From the NCBI GenBank assembly GCA_964632965.1, contig CAZWFC010000001.1:804-64803 (forward strand): a stretch of 64,000 bases of DNA, in the 5' to 3' direction. The translations under genes were made by a program, and so were the position numbers. Of the stretch, positions 15,895 to 24,520 are shown piece after piece (the stretch's first letter is position 1; every line of letters begins with the position of its first letter). The stretch comes from an uncultured Rhodocyclaceae bacterium. Lineage in GTDB: Bacteria; Pseudomonadota; Gammaproteobacteria; Burkholderiales; Rhodocyclaceae. Under the pieces are notes generated by a model. It saw only the letters and a program-made list of their open reading frames with translations, was not told the DNA's origin and made no database searches.

Positions 15895-18102
15895 ATGAAG
15901 AGTCCCGTCAGGTTCGCGCTGAAACCCCTCGCACTGCTGCTGGCCGCCGCCCCGTTCGCCGGCCAGGCGCAGGAAGCCCAGCTCACCCCGGTCGTCGTTG
16001 CGGCGCCGAAGATCGAAACGAATTCCGCCGCTGTCGCCGGGGCCGACCTGGCGCCCCTGCGGGCGTCGACCAGCGACACGGCCGGCCTGCTGCGCGACAT
16101 CCCCGGCGTCAGTCTCTACGGCGCCGGCGGCGTTTCCAGCCTGCCGGCCATCCACGGCATGGCCGACGACCGCGTGCGCGTCAAGGTCGATGGCATGGAC
16201 CTGATTTCCGCTTGCGCCAACCACATGAATCCGCCGCTGTCCTACATCGATCCGTCCAGCGTCGGCAGCGTCAAGGTGTTCGCCGGCATCACGCCGGTCA
16301 GCATGGGCGGCGACAGCATCGGCGGCACCATCGCGGTCTCCTCGGCGGCGCCCGAGTTCGCGGCGGCCGGGCAGGGCCCCCTGGTCAAGGGCCAGGCCGG
16401 CATCTTCTATCGCAGCAACGGCAATGCCCAGGGCGGCAATCTGTCGGCGACGATCGCGGGCGAGAAACTGAACCTGACATACAGCGGTTCAAGCGCGCAG
16501 TCCGGCGACTACCGGGCGGCGAAGGACTTCAAGGCGGTAAGCGCCACCGGATCGGACAAGCCGGGGAACCTGCTCCCCGGCGACGTGGTCGGGTCTTCCC
16601 GCTACAAATCGCAGAATCACGCGCTCGGTTTCGCGCTGCGCCACGAAAACCATCTGCTGGAACTGAAGCTGGGCTTTCAGGACATCCCCTACCAGGGCTT
16701 CCCGAACCAGCGCATGGACATGACCGGAAACGACAGCCAGCAGATCAACCTGCGCTATACGGGGCAATACCAGTGGGGGGCACTGGAAGCCCGCGTGTAT
16801 GACGAAAAGACGCGCCACAAGATGAACTTCGGCGACGACAAGCTGTTCTGGTACTCCACGACCACGCCCGGCATGCCGATGGATACGGAAGGGAGAAACA
16901 CCGGTGCGCTGGTCAAGGCCGACATCGCGCTTTCCGAGCGCGACATCATCCGGGTGGGCGGCGAATACCAGCGCTATCGTCTCAGGGACTGGTGGGATCC
17001 GTCCGGCACCGGCGGGATGTCGCCGCTCACGTTCTGGAACATCAACGACGGCCGGCGCGACCGTTTCGGCGCCTTCGCCGAATGGGAGGCGCGCTGGAGC
17101 CCGCAGTGGCTGAGCCAGGTGGGGTTGCGCCACGAGACCGTCAAGATGGATACGGGAACGGTACAGGGCTACAAGTCCACCGGCACCGTCTATCCGGCCC
17201 AGGCGGCGGCGTTCAACGCCGGCGACCGCAAGCGCACCGACCGCAACGTGGACCTGACCGCCCTGGCGCGCTACACGCCGGACACGAGCCAGGCCTTCGA
17301 GGCCGGCTACGCCAGGAAGGTCCGCTCGCCGAACCTGTACGAGCGCTACACCTGGTCCAGCGGCAGCACCATGGTGATGAACATGAACAACTGGTTCGGC
17401 GACGGCAACGGCTATGTCGGCAACACGGACCTGAAGCCGGAAACCGCGCATACGCTGAGCGTCACGGGCAGCTGGCACGATGCGGCGCGGGAGGCATGGG
17501 AACTGAAAGCCACGCCTTACTACACGCGCGTCCAGAACTATATCGATGCCGTGACCTGCGCCTCCGTCGGCAAGACCTGCACCACACGGACCGACGGGTT
17601 TGCCAACCTCACCCTCGCCAACCAGACCGCCCGCCTCTATGGCATGGACGTTTCCGGCCGCATGCCGCTGGCGAAAACCGCCGGCTACGGCAGCTTCACG
17701 TTTCTGGGCGGGTTGAATTACGTCAATGGCAAGAACCTGACGACGGGCGACAATCTCTACAACATCATGCCGCTGAACGTGAAGCTGGCCGTCGAGCAGC
17801 GCCTCGGCGGCTGGACCAACACCCTGGAAGCAAGACTGGTGGATGCCAAGACGCGCCTCCAGGCGGTACGCAAGGAACTCAGGACCGGCGGCTACGGCTT
17901 GCTCAACCTGCGCAGCAGCTACGACTGGAAGACAGTCCGGCTGGATGTGGGGATCGAGAATCTGCTGAACAAGCATTACGCCGATCCCTTGGGCGGGGCG
18001 TATGTCGGACAGGGCAGCACGATGTCGACGGGCGTGCCCTACGGGGTTTCCGTTCCCGGCATGGGGCGTTCGATCTACACCGGCCTGACGGTCAAGTTCT
18101 GA
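15895..18102 (+). CDS. TonB-dependent receptor, OprC/NosA-like (candidate copper receptor)
   Basis: Signal peptide MKSPVRFALKPLALLLAAAPFAGQA. Plug motif HGMADDRVRVKVDGMDL. It has a CxxxM motif (C107-ANH-M111) and an HxM motif (H308-K-M310), resembling the OprC Cu site. The C-terminus is ...GLTVKF. Confidence 0.85.
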   Translation: MKSPVRFALKPLALLLAAAPFAGQAQEAQLTPVVVAAPKIETNSAAVAGADLAPLRASTSDTAGLLRDIPGVSLYGAGGVSSLPAIHGMADDRVRVKVDGMDLISACANHMNPPLSYIDPSSVGSVKVFAGITPVSMGGDSIGGTIAVSSAAPEFAAAGQGPLVKGQAGIFYRSNGNAQGGNLSATIAGEKLNLTYSGSSAQSGDYRAAKDFKAVSATGSDKPGNLLPGDVVGSSRYKSQNHALGFALRHENHLLELKLGFQDIPYQGFPNQRMDMTGNDSQQINLRYTGQYQWGALEARVYDEKTRHKMNFGDDKLFWYSTTTPGMPMDTEGRNTGALVKADIALSERDIIRVGGEYQRYRLRDWWDPSGTGGMSPLTFWNINDGRRDRFGAFAEWEARWSPQWLSQVGLRHETVKMDTGTVQGYKSTGTVYPAQAAAFNAGDRKRTDRNVDLTALARYTPDTSQAFEAGYARKVRSPNLYERYTWSSGSTMVMNMNNWFGDGNGYVGNTDLKPETAHTLSVTGSWHDAAREAWELKATPYYTRVQNYIDAVTCASVGKTCTTRTDGFANLTLANQTARLYGMDVSGRMPLAKTAGYGSFTFLGGLNYVNGKNLTTGDNLYNIMPLNVKLAVEQRLGGWTNTLEARLVDAKTRLQAVRKELRTGGYGLLNLRSSYDWKTVRLDVGIENLLNKHYADPLGGAYVGQGSTMSTGVPYGVSVPGMGRSIYTGLTVKF

Positions 18103-18162
18103 GCCGGATTGTCGACCGTCCGCCGCGGCAGCCGCCTGCGGCGGACGATGCCGCCACCCGGC

Positions 18163-18179
18163 TGCGGCAATTTGTCGCA
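18163..18179. promoter_or_regulatory. Candidate RegA-type operator (TGCGGCA-ATT-TGTCGCA)
   Basis: Near-perfect 17-bp palindrome between the TBDR stop (18102) and the second tonB start (18265). Confidence 0.5.
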
Positions 18180-18264
18180 GCGCTGCCGCGGGTGAAGGGA
18201 TTACCCTGTCGCCCTTTCGCACAGGCGGGCGGCGGCATGGCCGGCCGCCTGTAAAATCTGGACC

Positions 18265-18900
18265 ATGGCAAGCGGGCAAACGACAGAGCGTGGAGTGGAT
18301 GCGGCGGGGCTGGCCATCGTGCTCGCCCTGCATACGGCCGTCCTCTGGGGTTTGTGGAGTCATCGCCTGATCCCGACGCCGGACGAGGCCGTGACGCTGT
18401 TCGTCAATTTCATCGCGCCGCCGGCACCCAGGGTCGAGGACCCGCCCAAGCCGCCGCCACCCAAGCCGCGGCCGGTGGAGAAGCCGCAACCCCGGCAGTT
18501 GGTCGCCGCAACTCCGGTCGTTGCGCCCACGGAATACGCCGCCCCGCCGCCCCCGCCCGCGCCGGCGATCGAGGCGCCGCCGGCCCCGGCGCCGAAGCCG
18601 GTCGGCCCGGTGACTCTCGGCTCCGAACTTTCCGTCGCCTGCCCCGAGCGCACGCCGCCGAATTACCCGTCGATCTCGCGGCGCCTCAGCGAAGAGGGTA
18701 CGGTGACCCTGCGCGTCGAACTCGACGAGCAAGGCCATGTCGCCGCGGCCCGCGTCGCCACCGGCAGCGGCCATCCGCGCCTCGACGACGCCGCGCTCGC
18801 GGCGGTGCGCACATGGCGCTGCATGCCCGCCAGCCGCAACGGCCAGCCGGTGCGCGCCGTCGCCCTGCAACCCTTCAAATTCATCCTGCAAGGAAACTGA
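18265..18900 (+). CDS. tonB: Energy transducer TonB (second copy)
   Basis: TM helix LAIVLALHTAVLWGLW, a Pro-rich linker (PPKPPPPKPRPVEKPQP) and a C-terminal TonB domain (YPSISRRLSEEGTVTLRVEL...). Confidence 0.85.
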   Translation: MASGQTTERGVDAAGLAIVLALHTAVLWGLWSHRLIPTPDEAVTLFVNFIAPPAPRVEDPPKPPPPKPRPVEKPQPRQLVAATPVVAPTEYAAPPPPPAPAIEAPPAPAPKPVGPVTLGSELSVACPERTPPNYPSISRRLSEEGTVTLRVELDEQGHVAAARVATGSGHPRLDDAALAAVRTWRCMPASRNGQPVRAVALQPFKFILQGN

Positions 18901-18903
18901 TTC

Positions 18904-19614
18904 ATGGAACAAGGACTCGGCTTTGCCCACTTTCTCACCCAGGCCGACGGCGTGGGCAAGGCCGTGCTGGGGGTGCTGCTGCTGCTCTCGGTGGCGAGCT
19001 GGTACCTCATCGTCACGCGCGCGCTCGCCAACACGCTGGCGCAGCGGAGTGCGGATGCCTTCCTCAATGACTTCTGGCAGGCCGACTCGCTCGCCGACGT
19101 TCGCCGTGCCCTGGCGGCGCGTCCGGCCGACAACGCCTTTGCCAGGCTGGTGGAGCGGGCTGCCGAAGCGGCCGAGGAAGGCGAGCGCCAGGGAACGCAG
19201 AGCCTAGCCGTGGCCGGCGGCATGGCCGAATACCTGACCCGCGTCCTTGCCAACGAGGTCGACCAGGAAGCCGCCCGCGTCGAACACGGCCTTACGGTGC
19301 TGGCTTCGGCCGGCTCGGCGGCGCCCTACATCGGTCTCTTCGGCACCGTTTGGGGCATCTACCACGCTCTGGTGCAGATCGGCATGAGCGGGCAGGGCAC
19401 CCTCGACAAGGTTGCCGGCCCGGTGGGCGAGGCACTGATCATGACCGCCCTCGGCCTGGCCGTCGCCATTCCCGCCGTGCTCGCCTACAACGCCTTCAAC
19501 CGGCGCAACCGCATGTGGCTGTCGCGCCTGGAGGGCTTCGCCCATGACTTGTATGTGCTATTGACCGTGAAGACCGGCAACGGCCAGGCGCAGCAACCGC
19601 TGGCGCAGCGCTGA
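18904..19614 (+). CDS. exbB: MotA/TolQ/ExbB proton-channel protein (second copy)
   Basis: APYIGLFGTVWGIYHAL and VAGPVGEALIMTALGLAVAIPAVLAYN. It starts 3 nt after the tonB stop. Confidence 0.9.
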   Translation: MEQGLGFAHFLTQADGVGKAVLGVLLLLSVASWYLIVTRALANTLAQRSADAFLNDFWQADSLADVRRALAARPADNAFARLVERAAEAAEEGERQGTQSLAVAGGMAEYLTRVLANEVDQEAARVEHGLTVLASAGSAAPYIGLFGTVWGIYHALVQIGMSGQGTLDKVAGPVGEALIMTALGLAVAIPAVLAYNAFNRRNRMWLSRLEGFAHDLYVLLTVKTGNGQAQQPLAQR

Positions 19615-19625
19615 GGAACGGCGAT

Positions 19626-20042
19626 ATGGCACAGGGACGCTTCGACAAGCATCGCCGCCAGGCGCCGATGGCGGACATGAACGTGGTGCCGCTGGTGGAT
19701 GTGATGCTGGTGCTGCTGGTGATCTTCATCGTCACCGCGCCGCTGCTGACCCACGCGGTGAAAATCGACCTGCCGAAGGCCTCTTCGAGCGCCAACGTCA
19801 CCAAGCCCGAGCACATCGAGTTCGGCATTCGCGAAAGCGGCGAGCTGTTCTGGAACGGCGAGGCGGTCGCCCTGGAGGCCCTGCCGCAGCGTTTCGCCGC
19901 CGAAGCGCCGAAGCAGCCGCAGCCGGAGGTGCATATCCGCGCCGACCGGCATGTGCATTACGAGAAGGTGGCTCAGGTGATGGCCCTGGCGGCCAAGGCG
20001 GGGTTGGTCCGGATCGGTTTCATCAGCGATCCGGCGCAGTAA
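19626..20042 (+). CDS. exbD: Biopolymer transport protein ExbD/TolR (second copy)
   Basis: MADMNVVPLVDVMLVLLVIFIVTAPLL, 138 aa. Confidence 0.9.
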   Translation: MAQGRFDKHRRQAPMADMNVVPLVDVMLVLLVIFIVTAPLLTHAVKIDLPKASSSANVTKPEHIEFGIRESGELFWNGEAVALEALPQRFAAEAPKQPQPEVHIRADRHVHYEKVAQVMALAAKAGLVRIGFISDPAQ

Positions 20043-20242
20043 CAAGCTCTGCCGGACATGCTCCGGCATGAGTCGCGGCAAGCGGCGATGACGGATGTCG
20101 CCCGCTCGCGCGAAATCCTTTCCGCTGCAACGCAGCGTCCCGTACTGCACTCCATGCCCGATTCCGGTATCCACCGCTGAAGGTTGCGGCGCAGGCCGGC
20201 GGATTCGTGCGCGACGACGAGGGGCGCGCCACCCCGACGCCC

Positions 20243-20259
20243 TGCGACAATATGTCCAA
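20243..20259. promoter_or_regulatory. Weak candidate RegA-type operator (TGCGACA-ATA-TGTCCAA)
   Basis: One perfect and one degenerate half-site, about 125 nt upstream of the Sel1-repeat gene. Confidence 0.3.
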
Positions 20260-20382
20260 TGGGCAAACCGGGGGCAATGGAATACGCTTTACTTGTTTCC
20301 GGTCATTGACAGACGTGACGTGTTTGTGGTCAGCGGGCTGTTTCGATATCGGGAATCCCTCCATTACAACGTGAGCCCCGCC

Positions 20383-20973
20383 ATGAGAATGTTGCCGCGA
20401 ATTGTTCTGGGAGCATGCCTCGCTCCCCTGTTGATCTGGTCGAGCCTGGCATGCGGCAGCGACGCCGACGGTGATCTGCGGCACGCGGCGAAGTTGCAGA
20501 AGAACGGCGAAACCGCGACGGCTCTGGCGATCTGGAAACGCTGGGCGGAGAAAGGCAATGCCGACGCCGCCTACAACCTGGCGGTGATTCATCAGCACGG
20601 CGACGGTGTGGCGGTTGACTACGCGCAGGCCCTGCACTGGTATCGCCATGCCGCTGCACTCGGCGACCGCATCTCGGAATACCAGATCGGACTGATGTAC
20701 CAGATCGGTCAGGGCGTGGCGGCCGATGCCGCAGAGGCACACCGCTGGTTTACCGCACACCGTTCCCATCATGCGCATCACGAGCGAAGCGAACAGATGC
20801 AGACATGGCGGAAGCAGGCGGCCCGACTGATCGAGGAGAGCGACCGGCGCGAGGCACTGGTCAAGTCGCGTGCCGATAGCGCACGCGTGCTCGCCGAATT
20901 GCGGCGGCGAGCCGGCGCATCCGCAGCGCCTACCGATGTCGCTGCTGCGGCGACGGACCGGCCCATCAATTGA
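20383..20973 (+). CDS. Sel1-repeat (SLR/TPR-like) lipoprotein with a His-rich segment
   Basis: ORF 20095..20973 trimmed to ATG 20383 (MRMLPRIVLGACLAPLLIWSSLAC, a lipobox). Sel1 repeats are present (GNADAAYNLAVIHQHGDGVAVDYAQALHWYRHAA..., YQIGLMYQIGQGVAADAAEAHRWF). A His run follows: HRSHHAHHE. Confidence 0.75.
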   Translation: MRMLPRIVLGACLAPLLIWSSLACGSDADGDLRHAAKLQKNGETATALAIWKRWAEKGNADAAYNLAVIHQHGDGVAVDYAQALHWYRHAAALGDRISEYQIGLMYQIGQGVAADAAEAHRWFTAHRSHHAHHERSEQMQTWRKQAARLIEESDRREALVKSRADSARVLAELRRRAGASAAPTDVAAAATDRPIN

Positions 20974-20989
20974 CCAGCGGGAGGTCGCC

Positions 20990-21523
20990 TTGAAGCTCCT
21001 GTTCATCGACGATGACCGCCGTTTTTCAAGCGTGGCTGCCCGCGCGCTCGGGCGGCGCGGTTTCAAAGTCAGGATCGCCCCGGATGCGGCCTCGGCTCTG
21101 CGCCTGGTCGACAGTGAAACCGGATTCGCAGTGGTCGATCTGCAACTCGGCGCGGTTTCCGGCCTGACCCTGCTGCCCCGGTTGAAGGCGACGAACCCCG
21201 CGATGCGCATCCTCATGCTGACCGGCTACGCCAGCATCGAAACGGCGGTGGAAGCCATCAAGCTCGGGGCGGACGACTATTTGCTCAAGCCGGTCGATAT
21301 CGACACCCTCGTCGCGGCCTTGCGCAACGACACCGCCGGACAGCATGAACGGGCCGACGCCAAGCCGCTGCCGCTCAAACGGCTGGAGTCCGCCCACATT
21401 CGGCAGGTGCTGTCCGATTGCCGCGGCAACATTTCCGCCGCCGCGCGCGCCCTGCAGATGCATCGGCGCACCTTGCAAAGGAAGCTGGCAAAAAGCGAGG
21501 CCGGGCGAAACGTTGCGATATGA
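20990..21523 (+). CDS. RegA/PrrA/ActR-family response regulator (receiver + Fis-type HTH); no partner kinase adjacent
   Basis: TTG start at 20990, 7 nt after GGGAGG. Receiver blocks are present: LLFIDDD, VVDLQLG..SGL, MLTGYASIETAVEAIKLGADDYLLKP. The C-terminal HTH GNISAAARALQMHRRTLQRKLAK is the near-invariant RegA-family signature. Confidence 0.8.
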   Translation: MKLLFIDDDRRFSSVAARALGRRGFKVRIAPDAASALRLVDSETGFAVVDLQLGAVSGLTLLPRLKATNPAMRILMLTGYASIETAVEAIKLGADDYLLKPVDIDTLVAALRNDTAGQHERADAKPLPLKRLESAHIRQVLSDCRGNISAAARALQMHRRTLQRKLAKSEAGRNVAI

Positions 21524-22176
21524 ATATGCGGTTGCGGCAATCCGCTGAAGCGTTCTTGAAAGCGGAGCCCTTGTCCGCCGCCGCAAGTGACGATGGCACG
21601 TCGAGTGCGAGGCATCATGCACCGGGCGAGCGCATCCATGAAGCAGGCGCATCGGGTTCGGCATGGCGCGTGATATCGGGCGTCGTGCGCCTGGATGCGC
21701 CCGAAGGCGCGGACGGCCGCCTGGTGTTCGCGGGCCTCGCCGTTCCGGGAGACATCGTCGGCGCCGAAACCCGGATGTTCGGCCTGTGCTTTTTCGGCGC
21801 CACGGCGCTGACGCCCACGAAACTGTCGCCCTGGCCCGGGGCAACGGCGCCGCAGGCGGACTTCCTCATGAACGCCCTGGCCCGGGCCGAGAGACGCACC
21901 GCCAGAATGATGGGGCTGCGGGCTGGACAGGCGATCGACCGGGTCAAGCGCCTGATCCAGTTGCTGGTGCCGCACAGGGACGGCGAAGCCTTCATCGAGA
22001 TCGAGCTGCCGTCCTTGCGCGACATCGCCGACATCACCGCCTTGACCATGGAAACGGTTTCCCGTTCGTTGAGCGGCCTGCGTCGGCAAGGCATGCTCGA
22101 ACCCAGCGGCCAGCGGCGCGGCAACGGCAGGAAGAACTGCCGTTGCCGCGTGCCGGACGCCCCGGCGGCAGCCTGA
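21520..22176 (+). CDS. Crp/Fnr-family transcriptional regulator
   Basis: ATG 21520 forms an ATGA overlap with the regulator stop. It has a cNMP-binding-like beta-roll (VISGVVRLD...VFAGLAVPGDIVG) and a C-terminal HTH (LPSLRDIADITALTMETVSRSLSGLRRQGML). Confidence 0.75.
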   Translation: MNMRLRQSAEAFLKAEPLSAAASDDGTSSARHHAPGERIHEAGASGSAWRVISGVVRLDAPEGADGRLVFAGLAVPGDIVGAETRMFGLCFFGATALTPTKLSPWPGATAPQADFLMNALARAERRTARMMGLRAGQAIDRVKRLIQLLVPHRDGEAFIEIELPSLRDIADITALTMETVSRSLSGLRRQGMLEPSGQRRGNGRKNCRCRVPDAPAAA

Positions 22177-22210
22177 GTCGGGCGGGCCGGCAGCGAAAGG
22201 TTCTGCCCCC

Positions 22211-22227
22211 TGCGACAACATGTCGCA
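22211..22227. promoter_or_regulatory. Perfect 17-bp palindrome TGCGACA-ACA-TGTCGCA (candidate RegA-type operator)
   Basis: Read directly from the sequence. It lies 35 nt after the crp/fnr-like stop and 64 nt upstream of the small ORF that precedes SCO1. Confidence 0.55.
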
Positions 22228-22290
22228 TCCCAATTTGCTTCCGCCGGCATTAGCATTCCCTCCAGGCTCTGATCAAGATGGGAGACGGAC

Positions 22291-22470
22291 ATGAACCAGC
22301 AACCCGCCCGCCGGGAAAACGACATCGAGATGTCTTCGCTGCTGCTCGGCGCAGGCTTCGCGCTCGCTTCGCTGATCCTGCTGCCGGCCGTGGCGCAGCG
22401 CATCGGCATGGGCTCCAGCCTCACCATCGCCCTGCGCGGCGCCTTGATGCGCGCAGCCAACCGTCTCTAG
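22291..22470 (+). CDS. Possible 59-aa small membrane protein
   Basis: Below the ORF-track size cut-off. GGAGACGGAC precedes the ATG. Translation: MNQQPARRENDIEMSSLLLGAGFALASLILLPAVAQRIGMGSSLTIALRGALMRAANRL, with one clear TM helix. Confidence 0.35.
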   Translation: MNQQPARRENDIEMSSLLLGAGFALASLILLPAVAQRIGMGSSLTIALRGALMRAANRL

Positions 22471-22491
22471 TCGCCAACGAAAGTTTTTACG

Positions 22492-22524
22492 ACGGCCGTC
22501 CCGGAACCTTGCCGGGACGGCCGT
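22492..22524 (+). terminator. Strong stem-loop (13-bp perfect stem) just upstream of the SCO1 start; terminator or attenuator candidate
   Basis: ACGGCCGTCCCGG-aaccttg-CCGGGACGGCCGT, followed by TCTTGCT. It ends 7 nt before ATG 22532. Confidence 0.45.
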
Positions 22525-22531
22525 TCTTGCT

Positions 22532-23107
22532 ATGCTTCGCCGCGCCATGCCGATCCCCGTCCGCTTTCTCGCCGTTCTTGCCGTCGCCTTGCTTGCCGCC
22601 TGTTCCGATGCCCGCTCGCCCGCGGATGCTCCGGCCGGCGGCGATTTCGTGCTGCAATCCTCCGCCGGCCCCTTCGATACCAGGGTCTTGCGCGGCAAGG
22701 TGTTGATCCTGTTCTTCGGCTACACGAACTGCCCGGATATCTGCCCGACCTTCCTCGGCAACGGCGCGCAGGCGCTGAACCGGCTGTCGGCGGCGGAACG
22801 TGCGCGGGTGCGTCTGGTGCTGGTGGGCGTCGATCCCGAGCGCGATACGCCGGCCGGCCTCAAGGAATACACGGCCTTCTTCCATCCGGAGATGATCGGC
22901 GTCACCGGTTCGCCGGCGGAAATCGCGGCCGTGGCGAAGCTCTACGGCGCGGGTTACGTGAAGCAGCCGGCGCGGCCGGATGGCAGCTATGCCGTCGATC
23001 ACAGTGCGCAGACCTATGTGGTGGGGCCGGACGGACGGCTGGCCGCCACGCTCGATCTCGGCACGCCGGTGGACAAGGTGGTCGATACGGTGAGGAAGTT
23101 CCTGTGA
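22532..23107 (+). CDS. SCO1/SenC-family copper chaperone / thiol-disulfide protein (lipoprotein)
   Basis: Lipobox LLAAC. The CPDIC motif sits in FGYTNCPDICP, and a conserved His is in VDHSAQTYVVGPDG. Confidence 0.85.
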   Translation: MLRRAMPIPVRFLAVLAVALLAACSDARSPADAPAGGDFVLQSSAGPFDTRVLRGKVLILFFGYTNCPDICPTFLGNGAQALNRLSAAERARVRLVLVGVDPERDTPAGLKEYTAFFHPEMIGVTGSPAEIAAVAKLYGAGYVKQPARPDGSYAVDHSAQTYVVGPDGRLAATLDLGTPVDKVVDTVRKFL

Positions 23108-23424
23108 CGAGCCGGCCATCGACCCGCGCCTTCGTGGCACTGGCTGCGGCGGTCGCGGTGTTTTTCCTCACCTTCGCCGATGCCGCGCAACTGGCGCACA
23201 TGCGCGCCGCCGGTCGGGCCGAAGCCGCCGCACTCGCGGCCCGGCTCGGCCTCACCGATCTTGCGCTATTCACGGAGGCGCGCTACACGCGCCATCCGAC
23301 GCAGGCGGATCTGCACTCGGCCTTTCAGGACCACCCGCTCGCCCTGGAGCACTTTCCCACCGGCAGCCTGCTGCCGCCCCAACCTCATGAATCCGTGGAT
23401 CGAAAAGCAGCGCAGCCTGATTGA
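23104..23424 (+). CDS. Hypothetical membrane-anchored protein (106 aa)
   Basis: GTG start forms a GTGA overlap with the SCO1 stop. N-terminal TM helix AFVALAAAVAVFFLTF. The frame is strongly GC3-rich. No family recognised. Confidence 0.5.
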   Translation: MTSRPSTRAFVALAAAVAVFFLTFADAAQLAHMRAAGRAEAAALAARLGLTDLALFTEARYTRHPTQADLHSAFQDHPLALEHFPTGSLLPPQPHESVDRKAAQPD

Positions 23425-24520
23425 CTTCACGCTGGCATCGCTGGCGCGGCGCAAGACCCGCAATCTCGGCCTGCTGGCCGTGTACAGCGTGCTGGTGTTC
23501 GTGCTCGCTTCGGTGATGCTGTTCACCCATGCCCTGCGCCAGGAGGCGACCGCCGTGCTCGCCGGAACGCCGGAGGTGATACTCCAGCGCATGGTCGCCG
23601 GGCGCCACGATCTGATTCCGCCGGGCTACCTGGAGCGCATCGGCCGCATTCGCGGCGTGCAGCGGAAGGAGGGCCGCCTCTGGGGCTACTACTACGATCC
23701 GGTAGTCAAGGCCAACTACACGTTCATGGTGCCGCCGCACGAAGTCACCGACGGCACGCTGCACATCGGCCCGGCGCTGGCGCGCGAGCGCGGGCTGATC
23801 GTCGGCAACACCGTGTCCTTCCGTTCCTATTCGGGCCGGCTGTTCGCCTTCACGGTTTCGGCCGTCCTGCCGCAGCGCTCGGAGCTGGCGAGCGCCGACC
23901 TGGTGCTGCTGTCCGAGAAGGACTTCCGCGCCTTTTTCGAGTATCCGGCGGGGCATTACACGGATATCGCGCTGTCGGTGGCCAATCCGCAGGAAGTGCG
24001 CACCGTGGCGACCAAACTGGCGAGTGCGTTGCCCGATGCGCGCCCCATCCTGCGCGAGGAAGTGCTGCGCACTTATGCGTCGATCTTCGACTGGCGCGAG
24101 GGCATCGTGCTGACTGTGCTGTCGGGCGCGCTGTTCGCCTTCGCCATCCTCGCCTGGGAAAAGGCGTCGGGACTCTCGGCCGACGAGAAGCGCGAGATCG
24201 GCATCCTCAAGGCCATCGGCTGGGAAACCGGCGACGTCATCAAGATGAAGTTCTGGGAGGGGGCGCTGATCTCGCTCAGCGCCTTCCTGCTGGGTTACGT
24301 CGCCGCCTACCTGCATGTGTTCCGTTTCGATGCCACCCTGTTCGAACCGGTGCTCAAGGGCTGGGCGGTGCTCTACCCGCGCTTTTCGCTGACGCCGGCC
24401 ATCGACGGCCTCGCCGTGGCGACGCTGTTCTTCTTCACGGTGGTGCCTTATACAGCGGCGGTGCTGGTGCCGATCTGGCGCGCGGCGATCACCGATCCGG
24501 ACGCGGTGATGCGGGCATGA
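23387..24520 (+). CDS. ABC transporter permease, FtsX/MacB-type
   Basis: ORF 23180..24520 trimmed to ATG 23387 (MNPWIEKQRSLIDFTLASLARRKTRNLGLLAV). It has a large periplasmic loop and a C-terminal FtsX-type 3-TM bundle (REIGILKAIGWETGDVIKM). Confidence 0.8.
   Translation: MNPWIEKQRSLIDFTLASLARRKTRNLGLLAVYSVLVFVLASVMLFTHALRQEATAVLAGTPEVILQRMVAGRHDLIPPGYLERIGRIRGVQRKEGRLWGYYYDPVVKANYTFMVPPHEVTDGTLHIGPALARERGLIVGNTVSFRSYSGRLFAFTVSAVLPQRSELASADLVLLSEKDFRAFFEYPAGHYTDIALSVANPQEVRTVATKLASALPDARPILREEVLRTYASIFDWREGIVLTVLSGALFAFAILAWEKASGLSADEKREIGILKAIGWETGDVIKMKFWEGALISLSAFLLGYVAAYLHVFRFDATLFEPVLKGWAVLYPRFSLTPAIDGLAVATLFFFTVVPYTAAVLVPIWRAAITDPDAVMRA

Noticed and set aside
16489-18930. 813-aa minus-strand ORF spanning the OprC-like receptor and tonB
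   Set aside because: It is antisense to two well-supported genes and crosses an intergenic region. The translation is Arg/Gly/Ala-rich noise.
22211-22227. Reading the palindromes as Crp/FNR-type sites for the regulator at 21520..22176
   Set aside because: Crp/FNR boxes are even-length (5-N4-5 or 5-N6-5) and usually have a TTGAT/TGTGA core. These sites are 7-N3-7 with a central base and a GCGNC-N5-GNCGC core. This is not fully excluded, so it is kept as an alternative to test.
22278-22706. 142-aa ORF (MGDGHEPATRPPGKRH...) from the track
   Set aside because: Pro/Arg-rich and out of frame with the SCO1 start, and it runs through the strong hairpin. A different frame gives a Shine-Dalgarno-preceded 59-aa TM peptide, which I listed instead at low confidence.
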